Made by a program: the position numbers and the translations under genes. From contig CAZFZB010000001.1 of assembly GCA_964523415.1 (NCBI GenBank), positions 16,073 through 80,072 of the forward strand: DNA of 64,000 nt, given 5' to 3'. This DNA is from an uncultured Chromatiaceae bacterium (lineage in GTDB: Bacteria > Pseudomonadota > Gammaproteobacteria > Chromatiales > Chromatiaceae). The notes under the pieces were generated by a model, which had not been told where the DNA came from, made no database searches, and saw nothing but the letters and a program-made list of their open reading frames with translations. Positions 1-7,819 of the stretch are shown in pieces. Each line of letters starts with the position of its first letter. Within the stretch, counting starts at the first letter, position 1.

Positions 1-30
1 CCCTGGGCCGACGACTGGGCCACGTGGCCC

Positions 31-831
31 TTGTTCTGGATAAGGGACGCACTGGCAAATAAGGGGAAGAAGCCAGTGGAGCCGGAGGATCCGCCGCGAA
101 CCGAGCCAAGAGGTGGGGGGCTTGGGCCCCAGTTACCGCTCGCCCTCGACAAACAACCCGAGTTGAATTTCTCCGAGTATCTGCCCGGTCCCAATGCCGA
201 AGGGGTGAAAGCCATCTGTGCCTGGGCCCAGGCCTTTCCTGAGGTGGATAGCGACCGCTTTGTTTACCTCTTTGGCCCTTCCAGCACGGGCAAGACCCAC
301 CTGCTCCTGGCCGCCTGCCGGGCCGCAAGGGAGGCAGGTCTGGCCTCGGCCTACCTGCCCCTGGACCACCCGGGTCTAGACCCCCCCATCCTCGACGACC
401 TTGAAAGCCTGGACCGTATTGCCCTCGACGGACTGGAGGCCGTCGCAGGTATCCCCGCCTGGGAACATGCCCTCTTCCACCTCTTCAATCGACTTCGCGA
501 GGCTGATCGGGGCCTGTTGGTCGCCTCAAGGAATCCCTACGTGGAACTGGGAATCCTGCTTCCGGACCTGCTCTCCCGACTGGCCTGGGGCCCCGCCTAT
601 CGACTCAAGCACCTTGGAGAGGCTGAATGCGCGGACTTGCTGCGTCAAGGGGCCGAAAGGCGTGGGCTCCCACTCGGCGAGGAGGCCATCGCGTACCTCC
701 TTAAAAGGTGTCCTCGTGAACCTGGCCACCTTCTTGCCCTGCTCGGGGCGCTCGATCAGGCCAGCCTTGCCCAAAAAAGACGCCCGACCCTCCCCCTAAT
801 TCGCAAACTGCTCGGCAACCAGGAATCCTGA
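31..831 (+). CDS. hda: Hda, DnaA-related AAA+ protein (regulatory inactivation of DnaA)
   Basis: P-loop-like LFGPSSTGKTHLLLAAC. Colinear with E. coli Hda from the QLPLAL N-terminus to the C-terminal RRPTLPLIRKLL. The true start may be the in-frame GTG at 76, which has GGGGAAG upstream. Confidence 0.8.
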   Translation: MFWIRDALANKGKKPVEPEDPPRTEPRGGGLGPQLPLALDKQPELNFSEYLPGPNAEGVKAICAWAQAFPEVDSDRFVYLFGPSSTGKTHLLLAACRAAREAGLASAYLPLDHPGLDPPILDDLESLDRIALDGLEAVAGIPAWEHALFHLFNRLREADRGLLVASRNPYVELGILLPDLLSRLAWGPAYRLKHLGEAECADLLRQGAERRGLPLGEEAIAYLLKRCPREPGHLLALLGALDQASLAQKRRPTLPLIRKLLGNQES

Positions 832-1032
832 AAACCGGATGCTTGCGAGGCATTTCCCACAGGGGTGTTTCATGCCTGATTTTGGATGTCAAGATGTTCT
901 CGGATCAATGTCTTAGAAATATAACCCATTGTTTATCATTAACTAAAGAGAACTGACCAGAAAGTTTCCAATACCGCCCCAGCCCTTGAGTGACGGGGGT
1001 TCTCGGGGAATCGGCAGGCCTTGTCTACAGAC

Positions 1033-1041
1033 TTATCCACA
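1033..1041. promoter_or_regulatory. Perfect consensus DnaA box TTATCCACA
   Basis: Exact 9-mer TTATCCACA read in the 450-bp AT-richer spacer between hda and the cytochrome gene. A degenerate copy, TTGTCTACA, sits at 1021-1029. Confidence 0.5.
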
Positions 1042-1280
1042 GATAGCGGGGATAACCACCTACCTTTCCATCGATGATCTGTTCAAAGGGCCTTGCATCG
1101 GACAAGAACTCCGATTATTGTCATGAAACAGAAATAATTCTCCCGACCTAGTATCGGGGGAGACAGGTCACCAATCCCATTTTCGCCGCCCCCCAAGCGT
1201 TTTACCCCTAGGAATATGCCGCATGGGATAAGGGGCTCAATGGTGGCCTGGCCAATGGCGCCCACCTAGGAGGAATATCC

Positions 1281-2036
1281 ATGAAGCCCAGCTCTGCCCT
1301 TACCTTTTCCCTGGTCCTTGGCCTGACGGTCAGTTTCCCCCTGTTGGCGGATGACTCTGAAGCCGCGGCTAAGGAGGTAGAACAAGCCATCCATCTCCAG
1401 CCCAACCTGGAAAACGGCAAAAGGGTTTACCTGATTTGCTCCGTTTGCCATCAACCAGAGGGCTGGGGAAGCGTGGACGGGGCCTATCCCCAGATCGCCG
1501 GGCAATATGCCTCGGTGACCATAAAGCAGCTCGCCGACATCCGGGCGCGCAACCGGGATAACCCCACCATGTTGCCCTTTACCATGCCAAGGACTCTCAC
1601 CCCCCAGGATATTGCCGATGTAAGCGCTTACATCCAGCGTTTTCCCATGGACCCTTACAATGGCATGGGTCCAGGCACAGACCTGGAGTTAGGCAAGCGT
1701 CTCTTCAATGAAAACTGCGTGGAATGCCATGGCGATCGGGGCCAGGGGGTACCGGAAAAGCACATGCCCATGCTCCAAGGGCAACACTATCGCTACTTGA
1801 TACGCCAGTTTCAATGGATCCGCGACGGCAAACGCCGCAACGCGGATCGGGAAATGGTGAAGCAGATCCAGGGGTTCAGCAACCGCGAGGTGGCCGCCAT
1901 CATGGACTATACCTCCCGCCTGGCACCACCCCAGGAGATGGTCGCAGAGCCCGGTTACGTCAACCCTGACTTTCCCAACTTTTGGCGCCCCCGGCTTCCC
2001 ACGGGGAAACCCATCGAGAGAGTGGCGGAACGTTAG
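1281..2036 (+). CDS. Diheme c-type cytochrome (cytochrome c4-like), secreted
   Basis: Signal peptide MKPSSALTFSLVLGLTVSFPLLA. Two heme-binding motifs, CSVCH and CVECH, each with a downstream Met-containing segment. AGGAGG Shine-Dalgarno upstream. Confidence 0.8.
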   Translation: MKPSSALTFSLVLGLTVSFPLLADDSEAAAKEVEQAIHLQPNLENGKRVYLICSVCHQPEGWGSVDGAYPQIAGQYASVTIKQLADIRARNRDNPTMLPFTMPRTLTPQDIADVSAYIQRFPMDPYNGMGPGTDLELGKRLFNENCVECHGDRGQGVPEKHMPMLQGQHYRYLIRQFQWIRDGKRRNADREMVKQIQGFSNREVAAIMDYTSRLAPPQEMVAEPGYVNPDFPNFWRPRLPTGKPIERVAER

Positions 2037-2072
2037 TTGTCACCCCGGCCTGGGGCGAGCGCCAGAGTAAGG

Positions 2073-2091
2073 GCGGGGCTTAGAGCCCCGC
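2073..2091. terminator. GC-rich hairpin between convergent genes (weak terminator candidate)
   Basis: GCGGGGC-TTAGA-GCCCCGC lies between the cytochrome c stop and the sat stop. There is no clear U-tract on either side. Confidence 0.3.
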
Positions 2092-2111
2092 TGGGTGTCA
2101 CGGGGTCGGGC

Positions 2112-3308
2112 TTACTTCAGGGATTGGTAATAATCCATGAGGATCTTGGCTACCTCGGGACGTGAGAACTCCTTGGGCGGGGCAATGCCACCACCCAGGA
2201 GTTCCCGCACCTTGGTACCGGACAGGAGCACGAAGTCCTCCTTGGTATGATCCGGAGCCTCCCTCATCATGACCACCCGACCCAACTTCTTGGACCAGGC
2301 GGTGTGGTCGGCCTTGAAGATCTCGATTTCCAAGGCACCCTCGGGCACCTCTTCATCGAAAATGGTCTGGGCATCGAAGGCGCCATAATAATCGCCCACA
2401 CCGGCATGGTCGCGTCCGATGATGAAGTGGGTGGCGCCCATGTTCTGGCGGAAATAGGCGTGCAGCACCGCCTCGCGGGGGCCGGCATAAAGCATGTCGA
2501 ACCCATAGCCGGTAACCATGGCAGAGTTAGGCTTGAAGTAGAGTTCCACCATCTTGCGGATGGCGGCATCACGCACGGGCGCTGGGATGTCGCCGGGCTT
2601 GAGCTTGCCGAGCAGCATGTGAATCACCAGACCGTCGCAGCCCAGGCGATCCATGGCCATGTGGCACAGTTCCTCGTGGGCGAGGTGCATGGGGTTGCGG
2701 GTCTGGAAGGCAACGACATTCTTCCAGCCGCGTTCGGCGATTTCGTGGCGAATCTCCACCGCAGTACGGAAGGTATCCGGAAAGTCATCCTGGAAATAGG
2801 AAAAGTGCAATACCTGGATGGAACCGGAGACGGCATGGCGGCCCTGGCTATTGAAGGTGGACACACCCGGGTGTTCGCCATCGCTGGTGCGATAGACCTT
2901 CTCAGTCATGAAGGCCATCTGCTCATCGCTGACCTCCTCGATGGCTTCCACGTCCATGACCGCAAGTACCGGATGGCCATCCATGTTAGGGTCGCGCAGG
3001 GCAATGCGGCTGGCTCCCGAGATAGCCGTGACATCTTCCAGTAGGCACATCACCGGCACGGGGAAGAAGGAGCCGTCAGTCAGACGCATCTTCTCGCAAG
3101 CACCCATGGCATCGGCGACATTCATGAAACCCTTGAGGGGAGTGAAATAGCCACCTCCCATCATGACGGCATTGCCCGCCGCCTGAGAACTGATAACCAC
3201 CGAGGGCAAGGACTCCGCCTCGCGCATCAGACGATGGTGTTGGTCAGGGTCGTACACAAACAAGGGTTTCAGTTCGTCGGAACCGACTGGTTTGATCATC
3301 TTCAGCAT
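2112..3308 (-). CDS. sat: Sulfate adenylyltransferase (ATP sulfurylase, homo-oligomeric Sat type)
   Basis: QTRNPMHLAHEEL and HFIIGRDHAGVG motifs. The ~398 aa length is typical of Sat. Confidence 0.9.
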   Translation of the reverse strand: MLKMIKPVGSDELKPLFVYDPDQHHRLMREAESLPSVVISSQAAGNAVMMGGGYFTPLKGFMNVADAMGACEKMRLTDGSFFPVPVMCLLEDVTAISGASRIALRDPNMDGHPVLAVMDVEAIEEVSDEQMAFMTEKVYRTSDGEHPGVSTFNSQGRHAVSGSIQVLHFSYFQDDFPDTFRTAVEIRHEIAERGWKNVVAFQTRNPMHLAHEELCHMAMDRLGCDGLVIHMLLGKLKPGDIPAPVRDAAIRKMVELYFKPNSAMVTGYGFDMLYAGPREAVLHAYFRQNMGATHFIIGRDHAGVGDYYGAFDAQTIFDEEVPEGALEIEIFKADHTAWSKKLGRVVMMREAPDHTKEDFVLLSGTKVRELLGGGIAPPKEFSRPEVAKILMDYYQSLK

Positions 3309-3599
3309 CTCCTGATCGCCCCCCGCGCCGCGTTCCGGACCCTTGTCCGATCAGCCGGTGAGCTAGTTGTTGGTAAACCTCAGTGGCGCTGTTCGCCGCA
3401 TCCGCGGCCCATCCGCCAAATCCCAACTCCGGGTTTGGCGCGCCACTAGGAAAGTTACCACAGCAGCAGAGCTTCCCCAAGCCTCGCTTAGAGCGTCGGG
3501 ATAAAAAACCTGTGGTCCAGATGGTAATCATAGGCCAGCGGTAGCAACCTCCTTGGGCTAAAATTCCCACCTTCACCTGCGACCAGGAGCCTTTTTATC

Positions 3600-3821
3600 A
3601 TGCCCTATTTCATTTACCGGAAGACTGAAAACCCTCTTACCCTGTCCCATCTGTCAACTCAACAGGGGTACCGGGAGGCCAAGGAGACGGTGCGCGCCCT
3701 GCGGCAGGATCACCCCTTATCCGGGGACGCCGCTTATCGGATGATTTTTGCCAAGAGCATGGGCGAGGCGGAAAGACTCCTCTCTACCCCCAGGGATGAG
3801 CGGGTGATCGGGGAGGATTGA
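3600..3821 (+). CDS. Small hypothetical protein (73 aa)
   Basis: ATG ORF with plausible composition in a gap between real genes. No motif recognised. Confidence 0.4.
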   Translation: MPYFIYRKTENPLTLSHLSTQQGYREAKETVRALRQDHPLSGDAAYRMIFAKSMGEAERLLSTPRDERVIGED

Positions 3822-3867
3822 CCCACCAGGGTCGACCGAACCCTAGCCACTAGGGAGAGGGTGTCGT

Positions 3868-4512
3868 TCAGCCCTTATTGGCTGAGGTACGTTCCGCCCA
3901 GATAAATTGCAGAACCTTACGCACATAGCGTTGGGTCTCTGGATAAGGTGGTATACGGTTGCCGTACTGCGCCACGGCGTTTTCACCAGCGTTGTAGGCC
4001 GCCAAGGCCAACTGTAGATCGTTGCCGAACAAGGTGAGCAAGTCGCGTAAATACCTGGCACCGCCGCGTAGATTCTCCGTCGGATCCTCGATATTCTGAA
4101 CCTGGTAACGTGCGGCGGTAGCCGGCATCAATTGCATGAGGCCGGTGGCGCCGGCAGGGGAGACGGCAACGGGGTTATAGGCCGACTCGGCGCGAACTAC
4201 GGCATGCAGCAAATCCGAATTAACCATTTCCTGACCCGCGATCAGTTCGATAGCACGTTCGTAACGGGCCCGGCGGGCGGAAAGCTTAGCCGGGGACGGC
4301 TCGACCAGGGTGCGGCTCTGGCCCATGGCCACCAGCTTGGCGCTCTTTTCCGTGACGATTTTACCCGCGTCCCGCTTCCACTCGAGCTTCAGATCATTAC
4401 CCTGGAGCGGGGAATCGGTGAAGTAGATCTTTCCAGCCGAATCCACGTACTTATAGACGTCCGCCTGACCATACAGGGGCAAGAGGATCAGGATAAGGAG
4501 GATTCCGCGCAT
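3868..4512 (-). CDS. Lytic transglycosylase (SLT domain) with N-terminal DUF4124-like region
   Basis: Signal peptide MRGILLILILLPLYGQA. VYKYVDSAGKIYFTDSP matches the DUF4124 pattern. SLT catalytic region ESAYNPVAVSPAGATGLMQLMPATA. Confidence 0.8.
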   Translation of the reverse strand: MRGILLILILLPLYGQADVYKYVDSAGKIYFTDSPLQGNDLKLEWKRDAGKIVTEKSAKLVAMGQSRTLVEPSPAKLSARRARYERAIELIAGQEMVNSDLLHAVVRAESAYNPVAVSPAGATGLMQLMPATAARYQVQNIEDPTENLRGGARYLRDLLTLFGNDLQLALAAYNAGENAVAQYGNRIPPYPETQRYVRKVLQFIWAERTSANKG

Positions 4513-4950
4513 GGGACCTCTTAGCTTTCCGACTTAAAATAATGATTAGGACCCCTTCCAGGCCGAGGGCAACTTATCCTACACCTCACCCCAAGGCCAA
4601 ATCCACTCTCAGATCCAGCCAAGCAAGCAGTATCGAAGACTAGAAGGGATCTTGTCAGGCCCCATCGGGAGCAGAAATTTTACAGACAGACCTGGTCCGT
4701 ACCTGGACTCATAAGGGTACTTTTACAATTTAGTTGCACAAATGTTACTTATGGCAGCAAAATTACAATAACCCCATTTCCTTTCGAATCATTTTATCAT
4801 CTTATTCTCTTAATTATATATTTTTCAGGATGCGGATCTGCTTCCACGAGAAGGATGCCGGAATTTCAATCATCCGTTCGTCGCAAACAGGCGACAAGTT
4901 CACGGAATGACACAATTGCCAGGCATCGGAAAATTAAACAAATTATTTAG

Positions 4951-4978
4951 TTGCAAGACGCATATTTATTCTTATAAT
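4951..4978 (+). promoter_or_regulatory. Candidate sigma70 promoter (TTGCAA-N16-TATAAT) for the DUF882 gene
   Basis: -35 TTGCAA at 4951-4956, 16-nt spacer, -10 TATAAT at 4973-4978, about 45 nt upstream of the ATG at 5024. Confidence 0.4.
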
Positions 4979-5023
4979 CCGACCCGAGTTCTCCACCACC
5001 ACGATAACAACGAGGGTTACCGC

Positions 5024-5557
5024 ATGAACCGGCGGATTTTTCTTGGCCTCGCCCTTTCCGCCGTTACGGCACCCGCCCTCGCCAGATTCAACACCCAGGA
5101 AACCACTCGCGTTCTTAACCTCCGCCACACCCACACCGATGAAACACTGCGTATCCCCTACCGCATCGGTGACAGCTACCAGAGGGATGCCCTGGCCAAG
5201 CTGAATCATTTCCTCCGGGATCACTACACCCATGAAACCACTTTCATGGATCCCAAGCTGTTCGATCTCTTGTATGACTTGCAGACCCGTGTGAACAGCC
5301 AGGAATGCGAGATTGAGGTCTACAGCGGTTATCGCTCGCCCGAAACCAATGCCCAGCTCCGCCGGGCTTCCAAGCGTGTCGCGCGTAATAGCCTCCACAT
5401 GAGTGGTCAAGCCATTGATGTCAGCTTCGCTGGCTGCTGCAATTCCAGCCTACGGGAATGCGCCATTGCCTTGAGTCGAGGCGGCGTGGGCTACTATGGC
5501 AACTCGAGCAGCTTCGTCCACCTCGATACCGGACCGGTTCGTGCCTGGCGATCCTAG
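5024..5557 (+). CDS. DUF882 / peptidase M15A family protein (YcbK/MepK-like murein endopeptidase), Tat-type signal
   Basis: Start moved to the internal ATG, giving MNRRIFLGLALSAVTAPALA (Tat-like signal). Motifs YSGYRSPETN, HMSGQAIDV and FVHLDTG. Confidence 0.8.
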   Translation: MNRRIFLGLALSAVTAPALARFNTQETTRVLNLRHTHTDETLRIPYRIGDSYQRDALAKLNHFLRDHYTHETTFMDPKLFDLLYDLQTRVNSQECEIEVYSGYRSPETNAQLRRASKRVARNSLHMSGQAIDVSFAGCCNSSLRECAIALSRGGVGYYGNSSSFVHLDTGPVRAWRS

Positions 5558-5650
5558 CTTTCCTTTGCTGTCCTGTCTATGACATAGCGGCTTGGTCAAC
5601 AAGCCGCCCCATGCCAACTGCACCGGGTGTGAGCCCTTGGGGGTGATGCC

Positions 5651-7522
5651 TCAATGGGTATCCGGAAAACCTATCGTCAGGCTGTCTGGGTGTTGCCCGC
5701 AGGTGATCTCCAGACCGATGGGTGAGTCTTGCGGGAAGCGCTGAGCGACTACCCAGTACTGAGTCAAATCGCCGCCCAATTCCGCCAAATTCTTCAAGGC
5801 GCCACGCATGCGGCGGCTATCGAAAAAGGCAAAGGGTTCATCGAGAAAGACAAACTGATCGTCGCGTACCATCCGTTCCACCAGTTCCTGGGATAAACCG
5901 AGGCGCAAAGCCAACATGATCTGTCGTTGCGTACCATTGGATATCTCGTCAAGATCCAGAAGGTTGCGCTTATCCCCCGAATAGACCCTAACCTGCAGAC
6001 TCTCATCCACCTCGATAAACTCGTAGCGGCCTTCAGTGAATCGGGGCAGGGCGAGGCTCACCATATCGCGCAGCCCTTCGCTGAAGCGCTGTGACAGGTT
6101 CAGTGCCGCGCCCTCCAGAAGATCCTTGGCCAGCCTCCGCGTGGCAATCCAGTCGGTATCCAGGGCAATGCGCTTTTCAAGTTCCGTCAACTCCCGCGTC
6201 AGGTCGCGAAAACGCAGCCCCTCCCCCCGAAGCCGCTCGAGTGCCACCTCTACGGAGATCTTTAAGGCTGCGAGCCGACCGAGGTCACGCTTGATCCAAA
6301 CGGCTTCATGCTCCAGGGCGCTACCGACCTCCTGAACCGTAGCCTCCAGCAAGAGGATACGCTGGCGCAGGCGAGCGCGCCGCTCCAAATCTGGCCGATC
6401 GTTAAAGATCGCGGTGGCCTCATCCACTCCCCCCTGATGACCCAAGGCAATGAGCAATCGCGACGGCAAGGGTTCTATGGCATCCAGACGGTCCAACTCT
6501 TGAGCCAGACGTCTCGCTCGCGAACGGCGGCGACGCATTCCCAGGGCCAGTAAGGCTAGCCATAGCCAGAATAGGAGCAATAATCCACTCAGGACCACCT
6601 CGACGGCCAGCACGACCGTATGAGGAGTCAGCCCCGTCTTGGCGATCAAGCCCTCCAACCAAGTCAATAGCACCGGGATGGGCCAGGTCTCCGCCTGGAA
6701 GCGCAGCAGGCCCCAGATCGCCCCCACTGCCAGAACGGCTAGCAGGGCAATATTTGAGAGGAGGCCTGCCAGAGCGCGACGAGCACCGTGGGAGCCATGG
6801 CGACGGTAAGAAGAGCCATATTCGTCGGTGGCAGCTTGAAGGGCAGGCAAACGCACGGAAAGCCGCTCCTCACGCTCGGCGATCTCCGCGAGATTGGCTT
6901 CCAAGGCCTGTACCCGCCCCGCCTCGGGAGAAAGCCGCTCCAGTTCGTCCTTCAGGGCGTCTCGGCGTTCAAGGAGAGAGGCCCGATTTTCTTCAGCCTG
7001 TCGCATCTCCTCGCCAATCCCATTGGCACAGGCCTCCAGTGGCGCTGAACCAACCATGGCCAGGACGGCAGGGCTGCGAGGATGGGGAGAGACGATCTCC
7101 CTCTGGGCCAGATAGAAGGTCTCCACAAAATCGTCGAAGCCATAACCAATCAGGCGGGTGATGGCCTTGGTTACCCCGGTAGCCCTAGCCAGCGGCCCAT
7201 CGGGGGCATCGACGAGTACGAGACGTGCCGACTGCTCGCCATCCCGGGCCAGGTGACGGCTAACCTCATAGTTGCGGCCCTTGACACGAAAACGCAGGGT
7301 CACCGCCCCCTCCCCCGAACCCCAATGTACCAGTTTACCGATACGGTCCTCGGCGAGGGAGAAGGTCCGGCCGAAGAGGGCAAAGCAGATGATTTCGCCG
7401 ATCGCGCTTTTGCCACTTTCATTGTCCCCACTCAAGGCAATGATGCCCCGCTCCGGGAGATCCGCCAGGCGTAAACGCCGGTAGCGATGCAGGCACTCAG
7501 CCTCGATGCGCAGAATGATCAT
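5651..7522 (-). CDS. Rad50/SbcC/SMC-like ABC ATPase with membrane-spanning helices in the coiled-coil region
   Basis: Walker A SGDNESGKS, Q-loop FYLAQRE, signature-like ISNGTQRQIMLALRLG, Walker B FVFLDEPFAFFD. Glu/Arg/Leu-rich predicted coiled coil. Hydrophobic helices ALAGLLSNIALLAVLAVGAIWGLL and VVLAVEVVLSGLLLLFWLWLALLALG are followed by RRRRSRARR (DNA about 6536-6775). The start at ATG 7522 (GGGGAGGGA Shine-Dalgarno) is preferred over the Arg/Gly-rich extension to 7648. Confidence 0.7.
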   Translation of the reverse strand: MIILRIEAECLHRYRRLRLADLPERGIIALSGDNESGKSAIGEIICFALFGRTFSLAEDRIGKLVHWGSGEGAVTLRFRVKGRNYEVSRHLARDGEQSARLVLVDAPDGPLARATGVTKAITRLIGYGFDDFVETFYLAQREIVSPHPRSPAVLAMVGSAPLEACANGIGEEMRQAEENRASLLERRDALKDELERLSPEAGRVQALEANLAEIAEREERLSVRLPALQAATDEYGSSYRRHGSHGARRALAGLLSNIALLAVLAVGAIWGLLRFQAETWPIPVLLTWLEGLIAKTGLTPHTVVLAVEVVLSGLLLLFWLWLALLALGMRRRRSRARRLAQELDRLDAIEPLPSRLLIALGHQGGVDEATAIFNDRPDLERRARLRQRILLLEATVQEVGSALEHEAVWIKRDLGRLAALKISVEVALERLRGEGLRFRDLTRELTELEKRIALDTDWIATRRLAKDLLEGAALNLSQRFSEGLRDMVSLALPRFTEGRYEFIEVDESLQVRVYSGDKRNLLDLDEISNGTQRQIMLALRLGLSQELVERMVRDDQFVFLDEPFAFFDSRRMRGALKNLAELGGDLTQYWVVAQRFPQDSPIGLEITCGQHPDSLTIGFPDTH

Positions 7523-7722
7523 GTACGTCCCTCCCCCACCGTCTCCAAGGCCTGAAGTCGCTCCAGAGCCAGATCCATGGCGGCCTGAAAGCGCTTTTCG
7601 TCCAGACCTTCGGCCGTATCGCGCCGCCGTTCCTGCTCTGCCGCGCAATAGGCGGCGAAGATGACACTGGGGCGTTCGAGAGGTTCCTCGTTGGTCTTAC
7701 GGCTAAAGGGAAGCTTAATCAT
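7519..7722 (-). CDS. Small acidic hypothetical protein (67 aa), translationally coupled to the ATPase
   Basis: ATG at 7722 is preceded by GAGG at 7-nt spacing. Third codon positions are mostly G/C, like neighbouring genes. The stop TGA overlaps the ATPase ATG (ATGA at 7519-7522). Confidence 0.45.
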   Translation of the reverse strand: MIKLPFSRKTNEEPLERPSVIFAAYCAAEQERRRDTAEGLDEKRFQAAMDLALERLQALETVGEGRT

Positions 7723-7770
7723 GGGATGACCTCGTGGGCCGCGACTATTGGGTACGCGGCATTAGCGGCT

Positions 7771-7798
7771 ATTGTCGGGTAATTTTCCAACTGGTCAA
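7771..7798 (-). promoter_or_regulatory. Candidate sigma70 promoter (TTGACC-N16-GACAAT) upstream of the small ORF/ATPase pair
   Basis: Read on the minus strand in the 97-nt gap between the RNB gene stop and the small ORF. The -10 element is only a 4/6 match. Confidence 0.3.
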
Positions 7799-7819
7799 AG
7801 TTCAGACCTCTGTCAAAAC

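Noticed and set aside
7523-7648. 42-aa Arg/Gly-rich N-terminal extension of the SMC-like ATPase ORF
   Set aside because: The internal ATG at 7522 has a strong Shine-Dalgarno, restores a canonical distance to the Walker A motif, and removes the overlap with the upstream small ORF. Similar extensions were trimmed for the DUF882, retropepsin-like, PiuC, hpt, rimP, metA, nagZ, LDT, HD and nasT ORFs.
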